Positions 29,094 through 38,853 of a stretch of DNA of 64,000 nt are shown piece after piece. The stretch is taken from positions 365-64,364 of the forward strand of contig CAYORG010000013.1 in the NCBI GenBank assembly GCA_964406315.1, given 5' to 3'. The translations under genes were made by a program, and so were the position numbers. Below the pieces are notes generated by a model. The model was given only the letters and a program-made list of their open reading frames with translations. It was not told where the DNA came from and did no database searches. This stretch comes from an uncultured Bacteroidales bacterium (GTDB lineage: Bacteria > Bacteroidota > Bacteroidia > Bacteroidales > UBA10428). Every line of letters starts with the position of its first letter. Positions within the stretch are counted from its first letter, which is position 1.

Positions 29094-29639
29094 ATGATAG
29101 ATTTTGAAGCACTTTTTAAAGTTTCCTACGGATTGTACATAGTATGTTCCGGTGATAAAATCAAAGGGAATGGGTTTATTTCAAATTCAATCTTTCAGGT
29201 TACTGCTGAACCGCCACAATTTGCTGCATGCTGTAATAAAAATAATTATACAGCAGAATTCATTAAAAAACACCAGGCATTTTCAATTTCAGTATTAAGC
29301 CAGGAAACGCCTTCCGATATTATTGGAAGATTCGGATATAAAAGTGGCAGAGATACAAACAAGCTTAAAGGATTGGATATAAATTACGGAGAAACAGGTG
29401 TGCCTATCGTAATGAACGAATCTGTTGCCACAATGGAATGTAAGCTGGTCCAGACTTCTGACGTGGGAACCCACTTGATCTTTATTGGAGAGTTGATTCA
29501 GGCTGAAATCATTGATGAGAATAGGGACCCTCTGACTTATGCGTATTACAGGCAAATCAGAAAAGGCATAGCTCCCAAAAATGCTCCAACTTATGTTGAT
29601 AAATCCAAGCTATTAAAGAAGAAGGATTTCCTGAAATAG
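29094..29639 (+). CDS. Flavin reductase domain protein (N-terminal part of the high-molecular-weight rubredoxin type; no rubredoxin domain)
   Basis: ALFKVSYGLYIV, FQVTAEPP, CNKNNYT, FGYKSGRD..K, VGTHLIFIGE, LTYAYY...KG.APKNAPTY; no CxxC downstream. Confidence 0.85.
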   Translation: MIDFEALFKVSYGLYIVCSGDKIKGNGFISNSIFQVTAEPPQFAACCNKNNYTAEFIKKHQAFSISVLSQETPSDIIGRFGYKSGRDTNKLKGLDINYGETGVPIVMNESVATMECKLVQTSDVGTHLIFIGELIQAEIIDENRDPLTYAYYRQIRKGIAPKNAPTYVDKSKLLKKKDFLK

Positions 29640-29728
29640 CAATTGCTTTTAAAATGATTGCAAAGGTTGAAGCAAAGCATGAAAGACGATATTTTAAATT
29701 GTTGCAGAACATTTCGGAAAATCATGTA
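29618..29728 (+). pseudogene. Internal rubrerythrin fragment
   Basis: A different frame from the reductase reads EEGFPEIAIAFKMIAKVEAKHERRYFKLLQNISENHV, matching the rubrerythrin EEGF.EIA..F..IAKVE..HE.RY helix with ExxH. No 5' part and no C-terminal rubredoxin-like domain. Confidence 0.75.
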
Positions 29729-29829
29729 CCATTAGTCAAGGGAAACAGGGCACATGATTTATTAAAATACCCATAATGTACCTCAATATTAAGCATACAT
29801 TATGGATATCTTCTATTGCATTTTAAAAT

Positions 29830-30163
29830 CACTTATCTGTTCATCTTATGGGTATTAACAGAATAGACAAAACGAATTTTCTTCGTATTCCGGGAGCAAG
29901 ATCAACCTTCCAGAGCAATCGTCCATAATCTTCACTGAATGTGGCGCCGCCCTGTTCTTCCAATTTCACTTCAAGCTCTTTGTTCTCGGATATTGGCAAT
30001 TGATCAAGTACTTTGAGAGAAACGGGGTGATTCTTATTATTCCTGAGTATGATTTCATAACCCTTCAGTTCTGTTTTGTTCGATCTTACAACTTTTTTGG
30101 ATGTATAATCTGTCAGCATATTTCTTTTTACACTAATCCTGTGATCCCTGCCAAGAGATACAA
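29830..30163 (-). pseudogene. Decayed duplicate of the 3' end of the DUF4139 gene
   Basis: 67/77 aa identical to the C-terminus of 31021..32634 over the in-frame stretch. Also has 1-bp deletions near 29889 and 29855 and a Lys-to-stop change. Confidence 0.9.
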
Positions 30164-30193
30164 CCTGTCAGTTATGCTCTTTATAAATTTCAG

Positions 30194-30904
30194 TTATAAG
30201 AAAGCAGAACGCTCTGTTTGGGATTCGCGCTTAATAATGGTACACTGCAGGTTATCAATCAGCTGATGCCGGCAGTTCAATCCTGCAGACAAATGTTTAT
30301 TACAAAATACCTGCCAGCTCTCAGGACTCCAAAAATTTATATGCCTGGTGGAAATATCGTTCCTCCCCTCAGGAACAGTAATTATGGCTCCCCCAGAGGG
30401 TGCTATAGTATTTACAATATTTATAAATGCTACATCGGGCTGAAGAATATGTTCTAATACCTCAGTGCAAAATATAAAGTCGAATTTATGATTGATTTCA
30501 TTTAGCAAATTATGATATGAATACTTTGCCAGCGGGAAAATATCTGCAGCCAGTTTAAGTGCTTCCTTGGAATATTCATAACCATAGTATTCTTTTGCCG
30601 AATAATGTCTGCTAATATATAAGAGTAGATTCCCGTTTCCACATCCCAGATCGGCAACGGATTTACCATTCAGATCAATTTTATTTTCCTTCAGTATTAT
30701 CACTACCTTCCTATAAAATTCATGCGCCGCGGGTGCATCCCAAAAATCTTTACTGGCTGTGTCGGACCAATACCTGTCAATACCTTCTTCCGTATTATGC
30801 TGCAGGGTATCAACCGGAGGTATAATAATCCTGTTTTTACTGACAACATCAAGTCCAAACCAACCAAAAAACCCTTTTACAATATATTTTATAAATTCTC
30901 TCAT
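30194..30904 (-). CDS. Class I SAM-dependent methyltransferase
   Basis: ADLGCGNG SAM motif, FDFIFCTEVLEHI, IITVPE. Confidence 0.9.
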   Translation of the reverse strand: MREFIKYIVKGFFGWFGLDVVSKNRIIIPPVDTLQHNTEEGIDRYWSDTASKDFWDAPAAHEFYRKVVIILKENKIDLNGKSVADLGCGNGNLLLYISRHYSAKEYYGYEYSKEALKLAADIFPLAKYSYHNLLNEINHKFDFIFCTEVLEHILQPDVAFINIVNTIAPSGGAIITVPEGRNDISTRHINFWSPESWQVFCNKHLSAGLNCRHQLIDNLQCTIIKRESQTERSAFL

Positions 30905-31020
30905 TTTCCTGATTCTTCATCCCATGATCCATCGCAAAACTTTGTTTTTTCGATCCAACATCAATACGTTGAAGAAACTAATCTTCAGCCCAGATGAAGC
31001 GCCTCCGGTGACTGCAACTT

Positions 31021-32634
31021 TCAGATACCGGAAACTTGCCTGTCTTTAGGATACTTGACAGAATATACAAAACGTATTTTCTTCGTATCTCCGGGAGCAA
31101 GGTCAACCTTCCAGAGCAAGCGTCCGTAATCTGCATTGAATGTTGCACCATCCTGTTCTTCCAGTTTTACTTCAATTTCTTTGTTCTTGGATATTGGCAA
31201 TTGATCAAGGATTTCGAGAGACACAAGTTGATTTTTGTTGTTCCGGAGTATGATTTCATATCCTTTTAATTCTGTTTTGTTTGATCCCACAACTTTTTTC
31301 GATGTATAATCAGTCAGCATATTTCTTTTTACACTAATCCTGTCATCCCTGCCAAGAGAAACGATAAGCGAATCACTTGTAACCTCAGGATTCAGATAAG
31401 TCTGTCCGATATACATTCCTTCGAAAAAAATATTTGTTCTGCCTGGAAGAAGATTGTACTGATTGTATTCTCCAATCTTAGCCAGAAGAAATACATGCTG
31501 ATCAAGTTTTGGAACAGTATGGTAATTGTATTTTGCAGGAAGCTCGTATTTGCTGATAGGTACAATATGTTCCTTCCCGTCTGAAGGTATATTCTGTTTC
31601 ACCCTGATCTCATATTCTATCGCCATCTGATTTGAAGTTTGTGTTACCTGGTATGGTATTGGTGCTGCCTCACTTTCCATTTCAAATGCAATTTCCTCGT
31701 CGGCTTCCAGGTAAATATTTGAAGAAACAGGAGCAGCTGCACGGGCCTTCTTTTCATATCCTCCGTAACCCGTAACAACCGGTTCAAAAAAGTTGATGTA
31801 CCATGGATTTAAAACAGGTCTCTCGTTATTGACAGTCGGATTTCCTGTTGATATGACAAGGTCAATGTCATTCCATTCATAGCTTGTTGTCTGGTACACA
31901 TTGGCCTTATAAAGCAAATCAATAGGATTGTTTGTTCCCTGGCAGCGGATATCATACAAAGGTGACCATCCTGCATTTCTCGAAATGTATGAGAAATTTA
32001 CTGATATTTTGGTAGCCTGTTCGGCTGAGATATTCAGTACTACCTCTCCCATTTTCTGTCCTCTTTGATATTGAAGATCCTGAAGTTGTTGTTCAATACG
32101 TTTTTTCTTCTCTTTCAGATCGCGTAATTCAATATTGTTCTGGTAGCTTTTCTTTTTTATGGAAGTAAGACGGTTTCGGTAGAAATCAGCAAGCTGGGCT
32201 ATATCAGTTGCCGTAATTTTTTCCTCCTCATTCACTATTTTCTGATTTTCCACAATGAGTTTTTCCTCTCCCAGGTATATTGCCTGTTCGGTATTCAACC
32301 AGTCAATTTTATCAGATACTAAAACTAATGAATCTTCCAGTTGTTTAATTCGTTGAGGAAGTTTCCTGTATCCGAGAAAATTAGTACGCACACTGGCCGA
32401 TAGCAGAATGGCAGAACCCCTGACATTCACAAGAAGACTATTTGGGTCTATTGTGGAAGTCAATTCATCAAGGATGATCTCCTGGTTACCCGGTGAAAGT
32501 GTTACAGATGCTGTTCTGCTTATCTTGGCCCCTTGCCGGTAAACTACTACCTGTTTAATCTTAGATTCCACTGCACTTGCTATTGCAACAAAAGATGCAA
32601 ACAGAATTATAAAAAGGATTTTTAAAGCATTCAT
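31021..32634 (-). CDS. DUF4139/DUF4140 (MuiA-like) secreted protein
   Basis: IKQVVVYRQGAKISR, AGWSPLYDIR, LVISTGNP, YHTVPKLD, LLPG..NIFFEGMYIG, SLGRD.RISVKR. Confidence 0.88.
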   Translation of the reverse strand: MNALKILFIILFASFVAIASAVESKIKQVVVYRQGAKISRTASVTLSPGNQEIILDELTSTIDPNSLLVNVRGSAILLSASVRTNFLGYRKLPQRIKQLEDSLVLVSDKIDWLNTEQAIYLGEEKLIVENQKIVNEEEKITATDIAQLADFYRNRLTSIKKKSYQNNIELRDLKEKKKRIEQQLQDLQYQRGQKMGEVVLNISAEQATKISVNFSYISRNAGWSPLYDIRCQGTNNPIDLLYKANVYQTTSYEWNDIDLVISTGNPTVNNERPVLNPWYINFFEPVVTGYGGYEKKARAAAPVSSNIYLEADEEIAFEMESEAAPIPYQVTQTSNQMAIEYEIRVKQNIPSDGKEHIVPISKYELPAKYNYHTVPKLDQHVFLLAKIGEYNQYNLLPGRTNIFFEGMYIGQTYLNPEVTSDSLIVSLGRDDRISVKRNMLTDYTSKKVVGSNKTELKGYEIILRNNKNQLVSLEILDQLPISKNKEIEVKLEEQDGATFNADYGRLLWKVDLAPGDTKKIRFVYSVKYPKDRQVSGI

Positions 32635-32933
32635 GATTGAAAGTTTTTGTTAAAATGAAGTTACAGAGTAAATTTCAACAATTAATTGATAAAAATAAAG
32701 CTTTACTTAGTGTATGTTCATTCCCAATTAGTTTTCACGCTTATTTTAAAAGAAACAAAGACATTTGGATCGCTTAAAATGGAAAACATGTCCTGAAGAT
32801 TCAATTTGTATGTTCAAAAATTTCCGATATCCTTTCCGGTAGCTTTATAATAGCAATTATGACAATTTGCACCAACTTTTTTTTCATGAATATTTTTTGT
32901 AACTTGTTAATAGTCTGCCTAAATCGTTTTACC

Positions 32934-33155
32934 ATGATTCCCTCCATCAAACGCAAAGAATGGCGTGAATTGTTATTGAGACCGGATACTCCAAATTTGA
33001 CCAGTCATTCACTTAGGTTAAAGCTGAATGGAATAAAAAGAAAAATCCAATCAGGATCAATTTCACAGGAACAAGGCATCAGAGAATTGTATAACGAATG
33101 CAGGAAAAATTATGAACTATATAGAAGTGACCTTCACCGGATTTTTGATATCTAG
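32934..33155 (+). CDS. Small helical hypothetical protein
   Basis: Likely start MIPSIKRKEW at 32934; the upstream extension in the track is AT-rich promoter-like sequence. Confidence 0.55.
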   Translation: MIPSIKRKEWRELLLRPDTPNLTSHSLRLKLNGIKRKIQSGSISQEQGIRELYNECRKNYELYRSDLHRIFDI

Positions 33156-33161
33156 CTAAAA

Positions 33162-33416
33162 TCATCCTGCCTCTCTCCGATGAGAAGTTGACCTGAATAA
33201 AGAAAACACCCCAATACCAAGCCAGACAAAGTTTAATGTTGCAGGAGGGATTGCCTGATGATAGATGGTATTTACGATCAGAAACAGACTCCCGAAAATG
33301 TTTAACATTTGATAAAGACGGGAGTTGCCTGAAATTTTACGGGCAGATAACAATCCATATGCCAGCAATATGACAAATGATCCGGCCCATCCTGCAATTT
33401 CGACCAATACATTCAT
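33162..33416 (-). CDS. Small 3-TM membrane protein (CBU_0592-like)
   Basis: GWAGSFVILLAYGL...YQMLNIFGS...PATLNFVW. Confidence 0.7.
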   Translation of the reverse strand: MNVLVEIAGWAGSFVILLAYGLLSARKISGNSRLYQMLNIFGSLFLIVNTIYHQAIPPATLNFVWLGIGVFSLFRSTSHRREAG

Positions 33417-33521
33417 AGTTGTTCTAACTTGTTGTTTTACATTTAGTGATTTATGCTTTTACAATTAAAAAAAAACACTCTGCCAGAGTGCTTATATTTT
33501 TAATTTACTTCATTACGCGAA

Positions 33522-34193
33522 CTACAATTCGTATTCAATACCTGTGCTGATTATATGAGATGTCAGCGGATTGTTTTCGTAATATTCCTGCTGGTATTTG
33601 TATTGCAGGTTGATATTGATATCCTTCGTTAACCGATATTGAAGACCTGTAGTAATTCTCAACTTCTGCTGGTAGTTGTTCCACTTCGGTCTGATGGTAT
33701 AAAACATTTCCGCCGATACCATGGGAGCTATATCCCAGCCTTTTCTCCTGTATTTAAAACTGATCTTATGCCTGTGTACAGACTCAGGTATCTTTCCTTC
33801 TTCATCCCTGTAAATATTCGTGTATTCATTATGGTACATAGCCCTGTAAGCCACTCTCAATCGCTCAATGCGGTAATCCAGTTCTGCATAAATGCCAAAT
33901 CGATTCAAGTTTCTTGTCAGATCCTCTCTTTTATAGTTTATCTCATGCCTGTATTCAAGGCCAAAACGCAAAAACTTAGTAACGGGAACTGATAAATCCG
34001 CAGTTGCAAGAAAACTTTCCAGTCGGGTGCTGTTATCCCAAAGTCTGATTTCAGGAGCTAAAGAAAAATCTACCAGGTTAAACAGTTCGCCTTCAAGTTC
34101 AAAATCCCACCAGGTTCGAAAATCTTCTTCCTGGCCCATGGCAAAAACCGGAAGCAACAAAAAAATGAAAAACGAAAAACTTCTTCTAAACAT
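33522..34193 (-). CDS. DUF2490 family outer-membrane beta-barrel
   Basis: Signal peptide; DFRTW, PMVSAEMFY, KLRITTGLQY, LQYKYQ. Confidence 0.75.
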   Translation of the reverse strand: MFRRSFSFFIFLLLPVFAMGQEEDFRTWWDFELEGELFNLVDFSLAPEIRLWDNSTRLESFLATADLSVPVTKFLRFGLEYRHEINYKREDLTRNLNRFGIYAELDYRIERLRVAYRAMYHNEYTNIYRDEEGKIPESVHRHKISFKYRRKGWDIAPMVSAEMFYTIRPKWNNYQQKLRITTGLQYRLTKDININLQYKYQQEYYENNPLTSHIISTGIEYEL

Positions 34194-34207
34194 CGCAGAA
34201 TCTGTTA

Positions 34208-34618
34208 CTATTTAAGGACAATGATATCCGGAACCTCAACGGTTTGATTTTTCGCAGTAATTTCAACCTGTCGCATCACAGGAATTTTTTCTGATGTATA
34301 AACATAATTTTTTGTTGAATCTTTTGAATATGCAAAAACAGTATAACTTCCTTCTCTCAAATAATTAAATTCGTATACTCCATCATAATTGGTTTCAAAC
34401 TTATCCCCATACACCGCATCATCGCCATAAATAATAAAAACATCTTCTTTTGCTCCGGGATAATCAGGAGTTTTCTGAATTGTAAAATCATAGTTGTATT
34501 CCCTGATTATTACTTTACCCCGTATTGTTGAAGTTCCCCCTTTGCCCGGATCTTTTTCACAAGCAGTAAATCCTATACCAAGAGTAAGGATAAGAAAAAA
34601 AGTAGTAATAGTTTTCAT
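34208..34618 (-). CDS. Lipoprotein with a prealbumin/carboxypeptidase-regulatory-like fold
   Basis: Lipobox FTAC; GGTSTIRGKV, T.YDG.YEFNYLREGSYTVFAYS. Confidence 0.7.
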   Translation of the reverse strand: MKTITTFFLILTLGIGFTACEKDPGKGGTSTIRGKVIIREYNYDFTIQKTPDYPGAKEDVFIIYGDDAVYGDKFETNYDGVYEFNYLREGSYTVFAYSKDSTKNYVYTSEKIPVMRQVEITAKNQTVEVPDIIVLK

Positions 34619-34628
34619 CGATTCTTAT

Positions 34629-37600
34629 TTATTTAAGCATTATTAATTTAATTGTCTCAACATTGTTCTTATCGGAAAGACGAACAGTATATATTCCATT
34701 TCCGGAATGTTCATTGTATTGATCGTTCCCGTACCAATCAATATAATAAGTCCCGCCGGTAAGATATTCATCCACAAGAACGTCAACAAGTCTTCCGCTG
34801 ATATCAAATATTTCCAGACGATAATTCCCATCCAAATATACATTAAACTGAATTGTTGTGAAATCCCTGAACGGATTTGGGAAACATTCAAATGATGAAG
34901 TTAAGGGATCTGGTATTTTTTGTTCTTCATGATATAATACTCCTGTATTTGGTTCACAGGGGGTTCCTCCTATTCCAACCGCCTGCCAGTTTTCACCTTT
35001 TGTATTGTCATACGAAGGATGTATTAACTCAATGGTTGCTCCGGTTCCATTGGCATTTTCAGGCCACGGAGAATAAATATAATAATCAACAGCATCCATA
35101 AGGTAACCTTCATCGTCATACAACCGAATCATATCCCCATTGCTGCTCAGACCAAAAGGCATATCTCCCACAGAATTTTGCCGGTTGGGATAAAATGTAC
35201 GAAAAGCTTCCAGATCCCGACAAATCAAAAGATAATCATTAGGTACCATTGTAATGGATGGAAAGTAATACCCGTCATCCGGCCCTGTATCACTTAACAG
35301 CCAACCGTTCAAATTCACTGTTGTTTGTCCGTTGTTCACTATTTCTATCCAATCCTTAGTGTCAAGATTCGGAGCAGAATTGTAATTGATTTCGTTGATA
35401 ACAACAGAAATGTCTGAACTTCCTGCTTCTTCAAAAACAGCAGTAAAACTACCACCGGCAGCCATGTCATAGTTGATGCTGATATTCGTTGAGTTCAATG
35501 TTCCTTCCCATCTGACAAATTTATACCCTGCCTTTGGGATAGCTGTCATTTTGATGGGAACATCTTTAAAATATATTCCTGAGAATGGATAATCTTTCGG
35601 ATAGATAGAATTTAACTTGACCTTCCCGGCTTCGGTATCTGATACATCAATAGTAATTTGTTGTTCATTTCCCAGATTGAATACACTTTGCATATGTGCA
35701 CGTGAGTAATTAGGTCTTCTCAGGGCAAAGGTTTTTTTATCTTCAATTTTCGAACTCCAGTTGTTATACGAACCCCACCAGCGGTTGATATGATACACAA
35801 TCTCACTGCCAAATAAATCTTTTAATGAATCCAACTGGGCAATAGCTACAGATGGTAAAAAGTCTTGGTTAAGCCTGTCGCAATATTGATTGATAAAATT
35901 GTACCTGAATCCTATATTGGTAACCATCCTCCGTAAAAATAAGGTAGACCACGAAGGATTTGGCCAACCGGATTCGTTTGGTTCCAGGGCAAATTCCAGG
36001 GTATTCAAAGTGTAATCGGTTACCTCCCAGATCCCATAACCAAAATCGGTATCAAATAATATCCATCTCCATTTGCTCTCAACAGAATTGGTATTCCAGA
36101 ATTTGATATTATTTCCCGGCCAGTCACGATTGTTAATGTAGATCTGTGTCAATTGATACTGGATGAAATTATCAATATCGATTTTATCTGCCACCCATGT
36201 ATAAACACTGTTGTCGTAAAGTGAGGAATGTGAATTCAGATAGTTGATAATTTCAAGGTATTCCGTGTTGTCTCCGAAAATTATATTTCCTGCATTTTCA
36301 AGCAGATTAACAGATTCAGGATCAACGAGATGATTCTCTGCAACAAAATGCTCATTCACTTTTTCCCTGATGTTCAGTATTCCCCAATACTCTCCGTTCA
36401 AATAAAATGCAGATGGCTGAAAAGCTTGTCTGTCGGTATTCATTTTACTGGTCAAGCCGGCCATAAATCCGTCATGAAACTGGAGTCCCATGTTATCATT
36501 GCCTGAGTTTCTCAGCACAAGAGCTTCAAATTTCTCAATAGGTTTGTCTGCAAAAAATTTGTATTCAAAGGAACCTTTGCCGTACTGACTGCGTGCAAAA
36601 AGGGACATGGATTTCTGGTCGCTTCCGCGCGACCAGCCACCAAATATTTTTGTACCTGCACCCTGATCAACTTTTTTCTCTCCTGAAACATCATACAGTT
36701 CAAAATGAACCGGTTTTTCCCAATCCTGCCAAAAATTAGCTCCAAAATAAGGATAATCGGGTTCGGCATTCGGCCCAAGTACATAGATCCCCGTAAGCTC
36801 ATCCCACAAATTATCAGGCTCAGTGGATATACAAACAATTGGGAAATCGTGGTCAAGTTCTGTTGCATAGGTATTTGTAACCACCGGACCGGGCAAACTT
36901 AAAGGATCAATTACTCTTGCCCGCAAAACTGTACTGGTATTTATTTGTATAGGTCCTGTATAAAGGTTGTCATCCGTTCCCGGTATTGAACCGTCAAAAG
37001 TATAATAAATAGGATCTGAGGGATTGCTTGAGGAAAGTGATACTGTTGTACCTCCCAAATGCTTTCCTCCAATAACAGAAAATACAACTGTATCTCCGGT
37101 TTGCTGATCGACTCCCTGTGTATTGTTCGGTCCCTTCGGAGTTGGTTCTCCGAAATAAAACCAGTTTTCCGTTCCATCCGGTTTTCTTCCGTATGAAACA
37201 TCGCTAAGCAGCAGGGTAGCACTTACAGAATCAACCAGTACACCCAAAGGATCAAACAAATAAAAACTCTCACCATCGGCTTTCAATTTGAAATTGGTAT
37301 GCAAACCTTCGCCCGGAAATGACAAATACGGAGATACCTGTTCGGTATGCCCTGAACCGGACCTTCCGATAGACAGGAACGGAATAAGAGACATATCTGA
37401 AGAAGTAAGACTAACATTATGCCCCTGGATGGCTATCACATTGACACCTTCAACTAAAATCGTCTGGGGATCAGTAATTTCATGATATTCAGGAGAGCCT
37501 CCCTGATACATCTCCGCTTCATGCAACAAGCCATTTGTTCCCTGATCAAAAGGAATTTCTTCTCCCGGATTACCAAGATTCATCCGTGCTATTTCGTGAC

Positions 37601-38168
37601 CATTCACATAGGCAACGAATCCATCGTCATAATCAATGTGTAATACCAGTTTTTGAATGCTTGACAGATCAGTAATAACAAACTCCTTCCTGATAAAAAC
37701 ACTCATTGTAGTTGGAATCACCGTATTGTCGTCCCCATCCTCATACCCAAAACCGCTGCTCCCTGTATTCCATGATGATGCATCATATCCTGCATAGCGC
37801 CAGCTTGTCCCTATTTCCGAATCAGGAACTATATATTCCCATGTATCACCCCAGTCTATTAAGGTTTGGTAGGTCAACCCTATTTCTTTCCTGTCTTTTC
37901 CCGAAGCAAACACTAACATATATTCACCTGCATTGAAGGAATATTCCGGAAATGTCCATTTATCAGTAATCAGAATCTCATCTGAAAGCGCATATCCTCC
38001 AATGTCGATCGGGACCGAACCTGAATTGTATATTTCTATCCAGTCAAAGTATTCATTATCTTCATCAACAATTCCGTTCACATTTGATGAAAGAAACTCA
38101 TTAATGAATATTTGTGCGTTGAGACAATAAGAATACCAAATCATTAAAATGAGAAACAGTACACGCAT
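34629..38168 (-). CDS. CotH kinase family protein with lamin-tail domains, FN3-associated domain and T9SS type-A CTD
   Basis: LTD motifs INEFLSSN..DWIEIYN and INEINY..DWIEI; LRNSGND, LNGEYWGILNIRE, NRDWPGNN, WRWILFDTDFG; C-terminal FPNPF...GIYTVRL. Confidence 0.88.
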   Translation of the reverse strand: MRVLFLILMIWYSYCLNAQIFINEFLSSNVNGIVDEDNEYFDWIEIYNSGSVPIDIGGYALSDEILITDKWTFPEYSFNAGEYMLVFASGKDRKEIGLTYQTLIDWGDTWEYIVPDSEIGTSWRYAGYDASSWNTGSSGFGYEDGDDNTVIPTTMSVFIRKEFVITDLSSIQKLVLHIDYDDGFVAYVNGHEIARMNLGNPGEEIPFDQGTNGLLHEAEMYQGGSPEYHEITDPQTILVEGVNVIAIQGHNVSLTSSDMSLIPFLSIGRSGSGHTEQVSPYLSFPGEGLHTNFKLKADGESFYLFDPLGVLVDSVSATLLLSDVSYGRKPDGTENWFYFGEPTPKGPNNTQGVDQQTGDTVVFSVIGGKHLGGTTVSLSSSNPSDPIYYTFDGSIPGTDDNLYTGPIQINTSTVLRARVIDPLSLPGPVVTNTYATELDHDFPIVCISTEPDNLWDELTGIYVLGPNAEPDYPYFGANFWQDWEKPVHFELYDVSGEKKVDQGAGTKIFGGWSRGSDQKSMSLFARSQYGKGSFEYKFFADKPIEKFEALVLRNSGNDNMGLQFHDGFMAGLTSKMNTDRQAFQPSAFYLNGEYWGILNIREKVNEHFVAENHLVDPESVNLLENAGNIIFGDNTEYLEIINYLNSHSSLYDNSVYTWVADKIDIDNFIQYQLTQIYINNRDWPGNNIKFWNTNSVESKWRWILFDTDFGYGIWEVTDYTLNTLEFALEPNESGWPNPSWSTLFLRRMVTNIGFRYNFINQYCDRLNQDFLPSVAIAQLDSLKDLFGSEIVYHINRWWGSYNNWSSKIEDKKTFALRRPNYSRAHMQSVFNLGNEQQITIDVSDTEAGKVKLNSIYPKDYPFSGIYFKDVPIKMTAIPKAGYKFVRWEGTLNSTNISINYDMAAGGSFTAVFEEAGSSDISVVINEINYNSAPNLDTKDWIEIVNNGQTTVNLNGWLLSDTGPDDGYYFPSITMVPNDYLLICRDLEAFRTFYPNRQNSVGDMPFGLSSNGDMIRLYDDEGYLMDAVDYYIYSPWPENANGTGATIELIHPSYDNTKGENWQAVGIGGTPCEPNTGVLYHEEQKIPDPLTSSFECFPNPFRDFTTIQFNVYLDGNYRLEIFDISGRLVDVLVDEYLTGGTYYIDWYGNDQYNEHSGNGIYTVRLSDKNNVETIKLIMLK

Positions 38169-38364
38169 GGTCAAATATAAGGAATATTAAGAAATCATTA
38201 ATTTTTATTAATAATCTACGTAAAGTATTCCATTTTGTTATTTAATTTAGGTATGATTTTTGTTTCTCAATAAAAAAACAATTAGTTTTGGTAACTTTTA
38301 ACGAAATCAACCGTATTTACTGAACAAATAACATAATTAAGAATTGATATTGCAATAAAGGAAG

Positions 38365-38853
38365 ATGAAGAAGAAGATCAAAGGTTGGACAGAGCGCAAG
38401 TTTGTATCCCCTATCAGAACAGCAATCAAAGAAGGAATATCCATAGAACGTTTATCTGTTTCATTGGCATTGGGCATAACTGTTGGCTTAATTCCTTTGT
38501 ACGGAACTACTACGGTTATTGTGGGATTAATTGCTCTCTCACTCAGGTTAAATTTCGTTGCCATGCAGATTGCTCATTACATTGTTCATCCTATTCAGAT
38601 AGCCCTTCTTATACCTTTCCTGAAAATGGGTGACACTTTATTAAAAGGAAACGAAGTTAGTTTTACTGTTCATCAATATATCCAACTTTTTAAAACCGAT
38701 TTCTGGGCTACTCTTAAAGATCTTTGGCTGGTTAATTTATCCGCTGTTGGAATCTGGTTGATTCTTTCTGTTCCTCTGTTTCTGGCTTTGTACTATCTGT
38801 TGGTATACACCATCCGGAAATACAAGCCTATATTGAATTTCTCCCGTGTCTAA
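38365..38853 (+). CDS. DUF2062 family membrane protein
   Basis: GISIERLSVSLALG..VGLIPLYG, LRLN..AMQ..HY..P.Q. Confidence 0.75.
   Translation: MKKKIKGWTERKFVSPIRTAIKEGISIERLSVSLALGITVGLIPLYGTTTVIVGLIALSLRLNFVAMQIAHYIVHPIQIALLIPFLKMGDTLLKGNEVSFTVHQYIQLFKTDFWATLKDLWLVNLSAVGIWLILSVPLFLALYYLLVYTIRKYKPILNFSRV

Noticed and set aside
29600-29776. Programmed -1 frameshift making a reductase-rubrerythrin fusion
   Set aside because: No X XXY YYZ slippery heptamer at the junction, and only one rubrerythrin helix is present, so the product could not fold a diiron site.
30905-31020. Possible gene fragment (VAVTGGASSG...) between the DUF4139 gene and the methyltransferase
   Set aside because: Short, no start codon, and the Rossmann-like resemblance is too weak to call without a search.
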